A stretch of DNA of 52,077 bases, from positions 1-52,077 of the forward strand of contig CBFFRP010000257.1 of assembly GCA_965644295.1 (NCBI GenBank). The letters run 5' to 3'. The translations under genes and the position numbers were made by a program. Position 1 is the stretch's first letter. Each line of letters starts with the position of its first letter. The notes beneath the pieces are model-generated. The model saw only the letters and a program-made list of their open reading frames with translations. It did no database searches and was not told the DNA's origin. Of this stretch, positions 36,655 to 50,117 are shown in pieces. The DNA is from Paraphysomonas bandaiensis. Lineage: Eukaryota; Protista; Chrysophyceae.

Positions 36655-37754
36655 AAAAATTCAAATTTTCAGTTTACAATGACCAAGTTATTGTATGAAA
36701 ATATTCTCTTTGTTATATAGTAATAGCGGTGTGATTAGACTTGCTATATCTTATACCTAATTTATTTTGTCCTGGCTCCTGGCTCAGACCATTGAAATTA
36801 TAACGAGGTTTTGACACTGACATCCAGGCAATGCCAGGTTTATAAATTCTATATTTGTGATTATTTTAGTAATAGTAAGTTTTTATCCAAGTTGAGAAGA
36901 TGTCCGGTTCCCTATCGGAGTAAATCATTATGAAGATGAGTGAAAAGTGTGCCTGTACTGAATGAGTGCATTCATTCGAGAATAGATATTAGAGTCAGCT
37001 TGTAGTAGTAACGGTTTTGGTAGAAGTGTGCATCATGTGTCAGTGGAAGGAAGCTGTGCAGCCGTTTTGTTGTATGGCGCTAGAGCTACTCAACACCCCT
37101 CACCAGACTACTTAAAGCAAACTACATACTGCAATTGTGAGGAAGCCCCCCAAGTTTTATACCAGGACATTAAAAAGTATAGTCTATGCACACTACTAGA
37201 TCATTACCACATAAAAGAAAGTATAATGCTAATAATGTAAAAGCTATAAATTATGAAATGCTATAAACTGTATTTATATTAACCTTAACCCTAACCCTAA
37301 GTATTAAATGATTCAACCTACTAGTCAATTTTAGTGTTAAACATGGTCGTACTTATATCCATTTATTACACACTCTGTGACTAAGTCGAGGTAATACCAA
37401 ACCTGGTAAAGCGATTTCACCAGGTTTCATATCTAAGTATTGAGTTAATTTGTATCTGAGAGGTTAAAGATAAAGAAAAAGTCGCAATTATAGTTGTTAT
37501 TAGAAGTATTTATTGCGTTACAAGTTGGCCCTGCAACTTATCGTATTCTCGTATAGCTGCATTTGCCACTGTTGAGATTGCAAACGCCTTAATCAAATAG
37601 CCTGATTTTGGATACATTGCATACGCATATATAGCCATCTTCATCACTACTTCTTACAGTAGTATTAGTACATATGCTCGAAGACAATATAACAATGGAT
37701 CCATTGGCAGTGTTCTTGAAAAGAGGAGTGGTCAATAAAGCTGTCAACATGATC

Positions 37755-38066
37755 CTCAACAATGTCAGACTCGCACCTTTACGTGGTGTTCTGGGGACAA
37801 GTACCAGAGATATTTCTCCGGGAAACTAACGGGAACCGCATAATATTATATAGTCATCAAATATAAACATTCTGCTTGCTCACTGTGTTTGCTTTGAGTG
37901 ATGAGCAAAAGTGGTTGCACCTTAGTGCTTTGTGCTTGCGGTGACGCACAAGCAGCTTTCGTAGCATTAAATAGTAGGATATTAGAGTTAAGCACTAGTT
38001 AGTTAAATTGTTTTTTTATATTAGCTCTAACTCTGACATGCCTATTGCTAATAATAAGACATTCAC
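37755..38066 (+). mobile_element. SINE-like copy J (internal deletion)
   Basis: Both termini are present; the 3' half is nearly identical to that of copy K. Confidence 0.85.
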
Positions 38067-38529
38067 TACTATATCGGTGACAGATGTCGTAGACTCATTC
38101 CGCAAGTTATGCTAGGGTATGCTACGTTTATATTGATTGTACAGATTGTCATATATGAAACGATTCATTCTGTACTACCACAGAGTCTTTCGTGGGGCAT
38201 AATAAGGGAAAGTAAAAATGCAGGTACTGCCCATTTACTTCATAATACTGTTGCACTCTAACTATTTTACATTGCTTTGGACTATATAGATTATATGAAC
38301 TCAATGAACTAGGTAAGACACCCTACTCGTAGTATCATACTCTTCGTAAAACTTAACATCTGACATTGAAGCACATTAAATGCAAGGAAGAACATTTATA
38401 TTACTATACTGAGCACTACATATTATCGCACAAAGAACTATTGTTCTTTTCATATTTCATTCATTACATGTGCGCATGAACTTCTGATAAAAAGAAACTT
38501 TAAGCAAAGCTACAACAACTGCAACGAAT

Positions 38530-40970
38530 TTAAGTAGAAGACACCGTTATCGCTGGCTTGAAAACATTAAAACTATCTTCCGCGGAACTGAGAATAACCC
38601 CTGGTATTTGTGGATGGTGATGAATTTCCTTGACGTTATTTTGTCCTTGATGGATAAAAAGTAACTGAGGAGGGAAATCCTCAATAGTAGTAGGTGGGCC
38701 AGCAGCTCCCGAAGTCATATCCTCATCGGACTCCACAGATAGATCCCACACAGTCACCTGCACCATTGTGTGACATATACTGAATGTCCTTTCCATGAAT
38801 GAAGCTTGTAAATACCAGTACAAGCGATAAACACATGCATAATGCAAAATTATCAAGACACCATGATATAAATTACGCGGCAATAATAATGCACACGAAC
38901 CTGATTATCAGCACTCGATAAAGTGAGCATGGACTCATCATGGGGCGCCCATTCAATGGAAGTGACTGCTTGTGAATGAAATCTGAAATGGGCTAGTGGT
39001 TGTGTTTCTCTAATTGCTCTTAGATCCCACACCTACAAAGCCGTTCATAACATAGTCCACAACATCAATATTTCATATAAAGTAGGAAAACATTCTTCAT
39101 TGTGCACAAACTAAACAATGAACCATTCAATATCTTCATCCTGCATGACATCGTGAAAAGCAGGATTACCTTAAACGATCCGTCGTCGCACCCAGACGCC
39201 AAGAGGTAATTTACGTTGCTATTCCAAGATATCACATTTACATCATCAGCATGTGCTGGAACTGTAATTTGAGGACCGCTTGTACCTATCACCAAATCAT
39301 TTTAAGGTCAGAAAATGCATAGTAAATTAGACAGCATAACATCTCCCACATAATGCACTACACATGAGTGTCAGCACACTGCAGGCACATCATACCTCTA
39401 GTATCCCATATACGAACTGTTTTATCTGATGATGCAGACGCAAAAACTGTTCCCTCAGTTGGACTCCACTGAATATCTTCTACACTGCCAGTGTGTCCAG
39501 TGTACGCATTGCTCACCTGGACATACACATCACCACAACATATTCATATCCATACTACGCATACTCAGACGACAAAGCAAAAGCTTTCCGGAATACATTT
39601 ATAACAACATGAACCAGATTACTATAATTGTAGAATATCCAGATTACTCAACACTTACCCTCCAAGAAGATGCAGGCGCACTGCCTGCACCAGTAGAATT
39701 CCACACATGAATCGCTCCAGCACAATCCCCTGTGCCCAACTGACCGGCAGTGACACGGCTCCAATCCAATGCATAACCTTCTTCACGGTGCCCCTTAAAA
39801 GTGTAGGCCGGCTTACTGGGCGGGTGAACGCGAGGGCCTTTAGAGAACATGGACTGTGCAGGGCGAGCGAGGTCGTAGATATGACCTTTCGAGGTTTCAG
39901 ACATTGTTGCAACGATTCCAGGATATTGCGGCATACTCCTGCAGACAAAGTGATGAAATGGAGAAATGTCAAGCAACGCGATGGTAACATAAAATATCCA
40001 ATTCACAGATAACCTGTAAGCAATACAACAAGTATAACCTGATGCGGTTGACAGCCCCGGTGTGGTTTACATTCATGTGTTCTAATGTTGGGTCTTCATC
40101 CTCGGCCTCGTCTTCGCTCTCACTATCGGACTCTATAACACCACACATGCTCATATTGATGTCCATGCACATAGTTATTACATAGCTACTAATTCTCTAT
40201 GGCATAACATGACATATAATATATGACATGACTTGGGTGCCCACGACACACCCCACATAAACCTAATTAGGGATCACACCTGGATTGACTTGAGTCTTGT
40301 GAACATCTGATATTTTAAGGAGGGTAATTTTGTTTCTCTCTGCACGATCCGCCTGGGAACCGGCCACTAGCAGCATAGACAACGGGAACTACACAATAAG
40401 TAATTAAACAGCAATACATGACAGCACGATCATAAAGCGGACAACTACACTCATACAGGAATTCATACTCAACAGAAAATAAAACGTAAGAAGAACATGA
40501 ACAAGTAGTGATTGGAATAGATCAATTCATACCCTTTGTCTCCCCTCTCCCAGACTGTCTCTAACAACATCAAATGACAAGCAAGGCCATTCTGTTCTCA
40601 ATGAATGATATGTAACATATGCACTCGGGTCATACTCTAACACTTCGTCTTCGGCAAGAGTGTCAATTCCAGGTCTCCACACCCGTCTGAGGTGAGAATG
40701 TTACCGACCACCTCATGATAAGCAGTTAAGTACTTACGCAGGCTGTGTACTGGCAGATGCACTCGGCTTGGTTTCAGCGGAAGACTCCGATTCCTCCACC
40801 ACCATGCCTTCCAGTTCATCGTCCTTGTCCTCGACTACTTCCTCGTCTTCATACTCATCGCCAAAGGGATCCTCGAACACGAGGTCTTCCTGTTCCATGG
40901 AGTCGTCATTCGGGTCTCCTTTAACATGGAGATGTGAGGAATCATTTTCTGCCGGACGCTTAGAAGACAT
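38530..40970 (-). CDS. GRWD1: Glutamate-rich WD40 repeat protein 1 / ribosome biogenesis protein Rrb1 (multi-exon)
   Basis: Acidic N-terminus ([13 protein letters not shown]), [95 protein letters not shown], all on GT-AG exons. Confidence 0.95.
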
Positions 40971-42081
40971 AATACGCTGTATGTATAGGGGCGATCCCGA
41001 CCAGTATGGAATATGCACAATACAGAAATATTCGATTACGACACTCGGACACTTCACTTCATCCTAATAATCTTCATCCTCATCAGCTTCATTATGGAAA
41101 CAAATGGATGGTGAGTGCAGCTCTACTTCACAGCCAATCAATTATGTCTAACCTTTTTTGATTCGAGAAAATATGGAAATGTTTTTTAATCACTGTACTG
41201 TGCGCGTGTTACGGTACGAGTAGAGCAGCAGTATCACGCTGGCCAGGAGTATCCCTGCATCCATATCTTGATCTACATATGAAATAAATTAGACCACTTA
41301 ATGACTCTTCTCTTTGAGGAAACGCTTCATTTAAACGTTCATAGTAGTCACTTATACTCCACCTTCGCTGGCTTGAATGGGAGCGATTCAGTGGCATTCT
41401 TCGTGTTGAGGTTGTAGAGGCCGTGAGAGCAAAGGACTGATTGCTGTTTGGTAGCAACTACTTATTGTGGTGTGATTCAGAGTACACTACCAATCCGTAT
41501 AGGAATGTTACACTGCTTGGCGTGCCATCATGGAGACGATGTTTATCTATAGACAGAAATCTTACCTTTGACTTACTCAGAATTATTCACGAATTGTCGT
41601 CATGCTCCGACGTACCCCGGTACTAATGGGACTTATTTGATGCGAATTTTTATGTTTTCGTATAAATTCTTTGCTAGCAATTGGTTTAGAGACGATATCT
41701 AATATCTTTTCCCTGGTGCACATAGAAGCCTGAGTACAATTCGTCATATTGTATTGAACTAAAACCAGAGGAAGTGTATTTCGCGCTTAAGACTATAATT
41801 TGAACTCTATACCGTAAAGCGACAATCTTCTTCGAAGAGTCCATTTGTTCGTATCCAGTTTGTGCTATATTGTTGTGACTGGCAGTGGGGGCAGAGGCCT
41901 GAACCTTTATTTCGTATTACTTACAGGTTGTGGTAGAAGAGTTTATTTCTAGATCAGCATCAACACAAAGCAAAGTCGCTTGCAATGGGTATTATTTCGT
42001 TAATAAAAAATATCATATCAATAGGATGTCATGAATAGTCGAATAGTATATGCTGTGTTGGTAAACCGGTTTAACATGCAT

Positions 42082-42534
42082 TGGAAATATTTTTTAACTA
42101 AGTCTAATTGATTGAATTACCTAGTCACGCTAATTTTGGTGCTAAAACATAGTCAAAGTAATAAATAATCTAATTTAATATATGTTTTCATTAATTGATG
42201 ACTAGGTGAATACCATATAATGCTAGTCACAATAAACTGAAAATATAAATTATTATTTAATGACTATGTTGAGTTCTGAAATATGAGAAATAGGATGTGA
42301 TATATATTGTGCAATTGAAGTGAGTTAATGGTGTGCAATACGTGAAGTTAACTCATATGTGTGACGGATGATTATAGTTACAAAGGAATTAAATTCAGAA
42401 TACCCTAAAACACCTCTAGTCAACCTAGTCATTGTAAGCTGAAAATATGCATTATTAAATGACTAGGTTTTTACACCAATTTTGGTGTGACTAGGTAGTT
42501 CAAATATTTTTGACTAGGTTGAATAATATTTCCC
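42082..42534. mobile_element. Degenerate MITE with TIRs and multiple ACCTAGTC/GACTAGGT subterminal repeats
   Basis: Left end TGGAAATATTTTTTAACTAAGTCTAA vs reverse complement of the right end GGGAAATATTATTCAACCTAGTCAAA. Confidence 0.6.
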
Positions 42535-42744
42535 GACTATATAAGATATAGAACTGACAGATGAACATATGATAAACAGATGTTGCTGAGAACAGATGTT
42601 TCATCAGATGTTACACGAATATGTAGTGAAGTGTTCAGAATAATAATAATAATTTCTTACTCGAAAGTGCACTGTGTTCAACAAAGCAAGGTTAAGGTTT
42701 ACGTGTAGAGCAAAGTTAACTTCAGTGAAATGTCCAATACTAAA

Positions 42745-42840
42745 ATACTAGATTTTCAACTCCTTTTCTAGGTCTTTACACTCTTTTTGGTGATCCTAGG
42801 AAAATACAACAAATTGACTATGTCCTGCAATAGATCCCAA
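42745..42840 (-). mobile_element. Inverted homologue of 36556-36654
   Basis: Reverse complement aligns over ~95 bp. Confidence 0.65.
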
Positions 42841-42987
42841 CATTGATTGATCAAACGACCTCATCAAATAGCAGCTAACATTAGAGTGATCCTCAACAGA
42901 TTTGTTGCCTTTACACAAACCAATCAGAAGGATGGTATCTTGTGAGGTCAAGCACCACACAAAAGACATCTATAATTCACGGTAGTT

Positions 42988-43518
42988 GTGAATATCTTAT
43001 TATTAGCAATAGGCATGTCAGAGTTAGAGCTAATATAGAAAAACAATTTAACTAATTAGTGCTTAACTCTGATATCCTACTATTTAATGCTACGAAAGCT
43101 GCTTGTGCGTCACCGCAAGCACAAAGCACCAAGGTGCAACCACTTTTGCTCATCACTCAAAGCAAACACAGTGAGTATATATCACCGGACATCTGCTGAC
43201 TGCAGGATTTTTGAGTCCTTAACGTGAACAGCCCCGATGCTTGATTTCAGCAGGCAGCCCGATACCCCGAATGCTCTTGAGGTGGGTCCAGTCCCAGATG
43301 CCTGTTTATTCGTCAAAGCCCAAAGACGTCTACACAAGTGACACTTATATTATAGTATCCTTTGTACCACACAAGCATTTGGCTATGAGTGGGCAGTGGA
43401 CAGAACAATATCTGCTGACTATATATAGTATGCGGCTCACGTTTTAGTTTCCCGGAGAAATACCTCAGGTTCTTATCCCCTGATGACCACTAAAAGGTGC
43501 GAGTCCGACTTTGTTGAA
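42988..43518 (-). mobile_element. SINE-like copy K (full-length long variant, ~530 bp)
   Basis: Both termini and the long internal segment are present. Confidence 0.9.
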
Positions 43519-44197
43519 GGTACTTTTACCACAACGTCCTCGTTCCTCCTCCTTACCAGCTTTAGATTGATACAACAATAAAGGTGTATTTAAATTATTC
43601 AGATTGATCGATGATCCCTTAATATGTCACCTATGATTGTGATGCTGTTAGAGACTTCTAATATAATGTGAAGAGTACAAAAGTCTGTCACGGAAATATT
43701 TACTGGTACCTAACAGATTATTACTGTTCCATATCTGACCTTGACAACTCATGTTAGATTTCAGCTACTTCTTACCCCATGCTCTCCTTGTATCTCTTGT
43801 GTTATGTGTTAGATACAGTTTATAATTATAGTATTTTATAGTCCTTAACGGACTGAAGCTTCATGAATACACAGACTGCTATAACTATGAAGGGCAGCTT
43901 GTATATTTGAGTCTGGATTTATATACAACATAATGATTTTTGATTGTGGTGAAAGTGAGGTCATCCCTAGATTATACACATTCACTAGTAGTTGCTACAA
44001 CTGCCTGTGTAAGGAAGCAAAATTACAATAATTTGTGCTAAGCTTGGTTACGATATATTTTCTTTTCCTTACCTTCCTTCCTCCTCCAGGCCGGCCATAC
44101 AAAAAATATCCAACAGAATACTATTCTCCAAAGACGATTTTCTCACCTCAAACACCTAAACCCATCTCTTTTACTACATCAACGGAATATAGCACAC

Positions 44198-45611
44198 CTA
44201 GACTTCCACCGCTTCCATTGAGAGCTCGCCCTTCATTACGGAATTCAGATGTGCGGATATTGCCTCGGCGTTAAAATCCCCTCTGAAAGGAAACTTATTC
44301 ATCTCATCGACTTGCACCACAACCATTCCAGGTAGAGAATCTGTAAGAGTACATCATACGTGGTATATAAAGAGGAAAAGCAATTTAAAACTATACATGA
44401 TATGGGCGTGCATCAAAATATACTATCAAGTGTCATTCGCTACTTGATCAAGTAAAACATACAATAACGCCATATATAGTCAAACCAAGGATGAATAATC
44501 AACATCAATGGAAGAATACTACAGCACCTGGGTCTACACCAAAATACTCAAGTTTCCCTTTATCTTCAGCAAGAATGTTGATGAATTGTACCTCGCCTCG
44601 GAATTCACTTGCAACTTCTGTGGCAGTGGCGATGGCACTCTCGTGATGAGGGGCATCACGGTCAGTAAAAACAAGTGCATGAGTCTGCGTATGTTTTGTT
44701 ATAGCGAACTCGCGAAAACAAATTCAAACATTGAGGATACATAGCACGCATGAGCTATAAATTACTGCATTTTAATGTGTATACAACAATTGATAAGTTG
44801 CCCAAGAGACAATAGCGTATCTTAGTAGAAACAGAAAGTGCGTAATACATACCAGAATGCGTGGAGCAAATATTTTTCTAGCATCTCTGTTTGAAAATAC
44901 TGAAACCAGTGGGTACGTGTATTCCTTCACAAATTTTAAAATATCATTCTTTGAAAATGATCTCTGGTTGAGGTGAAAATCTGCCCGGGGTTCGTCGAAA
45001 TGCTTCAGAACCACAACTGATTCACCAGTGACATTATAATGGGAGGCAAGCTCCTCAGAAGTAGTTATAAAAAAATTAATATAATTAGTCATCTCCGCCA
45101 CGGAATAATACATCTTCGCTAATGCAGAATCCACGTTTGCAAAGAATCCAACAACGATTACATCGAAGCCATCTTGAACTTCTTCAAGGCTAGCCAGAGA
45201 AGTAAGTAATGTTGCTGGAGGCCCAGAGTGTTTCTTGGCCCAAGAAACAATTCCATCAGTGTCTCTAGGACCGAGATACTCTTCATATTCATGGTACTTG
45301 AAGAAATATATTGTTGGAAAACCGCTGATCATAAATCGTCGGGTAATTTCGTCGTTTTCTGTGGCATCAATTTTAGCCAATTTAATATTCACCGATGCAT
45401 CTTTCAATGCAATAGCAGCTGCGTCCCACTCGGGGGCTAACTGCTTGCAGTATCCACACCATGGCGCATAAAACTCGACCAAAAGAAAGTCATGGGATGC
45501 AACGGCATTGTCAAAGTTAGAGTCGTTTAGAACTAGGACCCCATTCTCTGAGTTGATGTCTGCCCATGCTAAAGCAAGACAGGATAAGCCTAGTATGATG
45601 TTCATTCTCAT
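44198..45611 (-). CDS. Protein disulfide-isomerase family protein, a-b-b' only (~352 aa, 3 exons)
   Basis: Signal peptide; VLVLNDSNFD..LVEFYAPWCGYCKQLAPEW..LAKIDAT..GFPTI. Exons 45611-44853, 44684-44528, 44340-44198; ends ..MEAVEV*. Confidence 0.88.
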
Positions 45612-46008
45612 CAACAATAGTTAATATGACAAATGTGGGAACAGTCCCTAGCTGATTGATATTGTGAATGCCATGTACACATGTACATGTACGTGATGCA
45701 CAGAGCAGGATACTTGTGGCAGAGAAACGGCATTTTGTACAGCTACCGTGCAGCAGTTCATCTGGTTCGTTGCTATCTTTATACGGCAGCAGTATACCTG
45801 TATACTCTGTGTATCACTCAGCAGTGCTCTGGCATACCACACCGCATGCAGACGAAAGATTCGTTGATTTTTGGCGACATGAGATTTTTTATCATTCTAT
45901 AGCAACTCCATACAATCAGACTGACTATATGTGCTGATGTACCTTAGCAGCCTGCCTGTTGTAACTGCGTTAGAAAAGAATTCATAATACGTGTGGGTCT
46001 GGTAGATC

Positions 46009-48379
46009 ATGTCAGACACAGGAAAAGGCACTGTTGACCTTCTTAATGTGGATTACGAGGATGTGCTGCACTTGTATCGTGGATGGAGGCACGCGGAAGG
46101 ACAGTTAAAAGATAAAAACAAGGAGTTAAATGCCCTAAAGAACCGAATAAAGCAGTTACAAGATTCCCATGTAAAATTCAGAGGCCAAATTCAGGCCCTT
46201 GAGTCGGTGAAGGAATTAACAGTTACACTGAAGACTCAACTTGCTGCTCTGGAAGAAGAGAACAAACAATTAATCATTGAAAATTCCACTCTATCAGAGG
46301 TTAACAACCAAGCAGAGGAACTGTTAGTTGTAGGAGAGACTTCGTCAAAAAAACTAAGTTCTCAATTAAATAAGGTATCCTTGGAGGCGGCTGAATACAA
46401 AGGCCGGTGTGAGGAATTGACTTCAGCCCAAGCCCAATTTGAGGCTGTTCTGTCTGAAGAACAGGCGGCACGATTGTCTGCTGAGTCGAGACTCAAGTCG
46501 ATGGAAAAACAAGTTGAGCAGTTAGTAAGCGAAAATCGAGAATACAAATGGAAGCTAGATACTGCGCAGTCGAAGTTGGAGCAGTGTGATAGGGAGTTAG
46601 CACATGCAGCGCAGCAGCTGTCTGATTTGTCTGAAGAAGTTGCTAATATCGCAACTATGAAAGAAAAAGTCCAGTTTGCCGAATCGGAAAAAAATGTGTT
46701 AAAAGGTGATATCACGCGGTTGCTTCGATTGTTAGAACACTACCCAGCTGCAAGAGGGTTTTTGAAGCAATGGCAAGATAGCGAAGGGATGTCATTCACC
46801 GGAAATCTTCATACACGTCCTTCTAAAGAAATGGACATATTGTATGATGATTATGATAAGAAGAGTGAGTGCAGCATTACGCCTCATGAGTTGGCACATT
46901 TGAGGAGAGTTCATGGGGTGGAACACGACACGCATGTGATGTTTTCCACTATGGAGGTACGCGATTGAAATGTGTTTCTAAGTTGTATAGATGGTCTCAT
47001 ATACAAATCACTGTGAAATGCGCTTATACTCCGGTGTATACCTACAGGAAGAGCTAGAGCACTGGTCCCCACAAGAAGCTGTATTGCATGGGTTTGAATT
47101 TCTAACTAATAAGGTTCCTAGTGCTCCTGTAGACATTCTCCAGACTTTTATTCGCCGAATGAATAAGGTCAGATGATACTATGCACTAAGTGTTAACACC
47201 AGTAATTTCGTAACTGATGCAGATATGGTTACGTCGAGAGAAACGGAAAGTTCACAGAATTAAAGAAAAGTGAGTCCAAATACGTATTCGAATATTCTAT
47301 CATCATGGGTTTACTTATTTAAAATGTGTTTTAGATATGAAGGCAGAATTTCCGATCTTAAACGACAATTGTCAAATGCAAAGTATGTAATTATGCCGCA
47401 TAATTTATTGCACACGATATATTTAGTTACTCTTGTACTCTAACTTAGGCCGTATCATGGCGTTATGGCGGAAAGAAAGATTCGATGCCTCAATAACCAA
47501 GTAAAAACAATTCGTGGGAAGAAATTAACAGGGCGTCCGAAAGTGTGGACAGAAAACGACAGCGACGACGATGATTTATATCTATACGAACAAGATGTAG
47601 GAGAAGATGAGTCCAGAAGTCGCAAGAGTACTTGTGCGGCGGCGGAAGTGGGTTGGGTATCAACTACATCGAAGTCTTCCCGATCCCATTCACAACCACC
47701 ATGTTCACGGTGCGTGGACACTTCACCCTCTACAACCCATAAATCTCGTGGCAATACATTGAAAAAATTTGATAAAATATCCGCTAAAGAATTGCTGGGG
47801 GCATCATTAAATTCCTTGGAGGCTGTGGGGCGGCATAACAACACGCAACAAAAGTTGGTATCTTTTGATTTAGGTAATTTGGGGGGTTCGGCGTCCTCAA
47901 TGCATGACCACCTTTCTGAGCCAAGTGCTGAGTACCTTCGAGGAGCGCTGTGGCTAGGCCGGAACATGCTCATGATAACCGAAGAAACCGTTGAACAGTT
48001 GGATTTACACCGTTCTCAATTTTTACGTGAAGTGTCATCGGTTGCTCGTGAGGACAACTCATCTCGGGCAGCACATAGGCTGTCACTGTTAGCGGCATCA
48101 GGCATCACAGATGCTCTTAGCACCGTGTACCAAAGTAGAGCCCAGAGTCGCAAGATGCTGCAGGTAATGTGCTGCATTGAGTATGATTTAAAACTGTTGA
48201 CTATATGATGTGGTTGGTATAAGTAGCTACGTGTGTTGAATCGGCTCATAGTATTTTAATAGGACGCTGCTGCTATTTCGCCTGGAGATAAAGAGGCCAT
48301 GAGGAATTTTTTAATGAATCTTCCAGTTGAATCTCTACTCTCACAAAGCTTTGACAGAAAAGATTTCACTCAAGAATAG
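46009..48379 (+). CDS. Coiled-coil protein of unknown function (6 exons)
   Basis: Heptad-rich N-terminal ~240 aa. Exons 46009-46956, 47048-47167, 47223-47269, ~47335-47382, 47450-48162, 48263-48379 splice in frame. Confidence 0.8.
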
Positions 48380-50117
48380 CGTTTTTGTGCAGTGGATTTT
48401 TGAAAGTGTTTTTGTATGTCAATTGCAAAGTATTGCTAAGGTGCTGCAATGATATGTGGTCGAGAAGTATTAATTCAGTTAGTATAACGTATGTATAATC
48501 AATATGAGAGAATAAAGTGAACTTCGTATTACGTGATAATATTATAGTTTGCAGTGAGCGTCCTATCCTTGTGAAGTATATCGCTTCTGTATTGACGGAG
48601 TGCTATGTGGCGTCATGCCTTCTTATGAGATTTATGCGTTCAGCCTACACACACAGAAGCGAGGAAGAATGTCAGGGTTAGCAATCTCTCTAAAGTCATA
48701 AACTTTTCGACATTTGAGCGAACACACGTTAATGGTCCAATAGTAAGTTTGAACCGTTCAGTTTGCAGTTTGCACCGCTTATTATTATGCATAGTAAGTA
48801 GTAACTACTCTACGCACTCCAATTATTCCTTGCCAGCATCAAATTAACGGTATACAACATTTCAATTATTTTGCAACCCTGATATCACAATTATATGAGG
48901 CAGAGTATTGAGTATTGTTTATTTTGTGCAGTACGTTGAAGCATATATATTATGTAAAACCTATAACGAAATCTTTTAGAAAATATAATTACGATATGAT
49001 TTCTCTTTGTTTGTTAAGAGTAAATTCCATTTTAATTTACGTATCACAGTTGTAAAGTCATAACATAGATATCATTTGTGAATAGTGCATATCTATGAAA
49101 ATTCACTTTAAGTTGTATTAACAGCGCTATCAAGATAAGATACGGTGTCAGATGAACAGAACAGGCATGTCAAGGCGGCAATTCGGGTTCTAAGTTTGTC
49201 TTTCAGCGTGTGGAATACTCCCTGTTGATTGACCAGGGTTACAGGTCCTGTGTACATAGGTGATATATCTTCTGGTATTTCCCCAATTCTAACTTCGCCC
49301 GCCCCGCAACCTGCTGATCGTAGTTTCATCAACATTGGTACACAGGTAAACGTACCGGTTGAGTCCGTGTTTGACATATACACGGCACGAATTCATTCGT
49401 GTCTATTGGATTGGTACATACACACACATATCGTTCCATCATATCCGACTCAAAAACTCTACCATTTGGCTTCGTTTTTGGTGCTGAATCCAAATCAGCG
49501 TTCACTATTCAAAAGTGCTTTCGAAGAGGGATTGTGACTGCACATTTCACAGCCATTAAATTAAAAAGGATTCCGTTATTCTTTGACTGTCCACACAGCT
49601 CCATCCCATTCGGACCATACGACGTACACAGCACAGTAGTAAGGCATAATCAGTTATCGAAGAAACTCGACAATGAAGCAAAATGATATCGTCGCAAGCA
49701 TTCAAAGTTCTTTAGTATGATTCTATCCCAGTGGTTAGTCAGCAGTACCATATCTAGATGTGGATATCCAGATGCATATCTACTGCACCATGTAGGATTC
49801 GGTATTAAAAAATTACTGTATTCTGCAGTATTCTGGATTTGGAGGTGGTATGCTTTCTATATCTTATTTTTCGGAAGTGTATTGAGGCAAAACTACTCTA
49901 CATTACTGAGATACAATTACGGCTGGAATACACATAATTGTTGTCTCAATATTGGAGGCATCTTTGAAAAAAAATACACAAAGGATGCTGATACGCCATA
50001 CCATACACAGCACAGCATATTACACGCATATATATATTCGATAAGTGATAGTAGTTAGCCCGACCATCCATCTGTTACATACGTTTCTGACAGTTAACTG
50101 TGGATTGGGTCGGTGTG

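Noticed and set aside
37279-37300. Interstitial CCCTAA repeats as a chromosome fusion scar
   Set aside because: Only ~3 units, within decayed AT-rich repeat DNA; too short to interpret.
42988-43518. Repeat family as a Fanzor/omegaRNA ghost locus, Helitron or CACTA element
   Set aside because: No nuclease or transposase ORF in the window, no TIRs, no TC..CTRR termini. The long variable TSDs fit retroposition better.
48673-48881. Possible hAT MITE with CAGGGTT ends
   Set aside because: Short imperfect TIR and no matching 8-bp TSD.
49108-50058. Short ORFs on both strands
   Set aside because: No recognisable motifs or coherent splice model.
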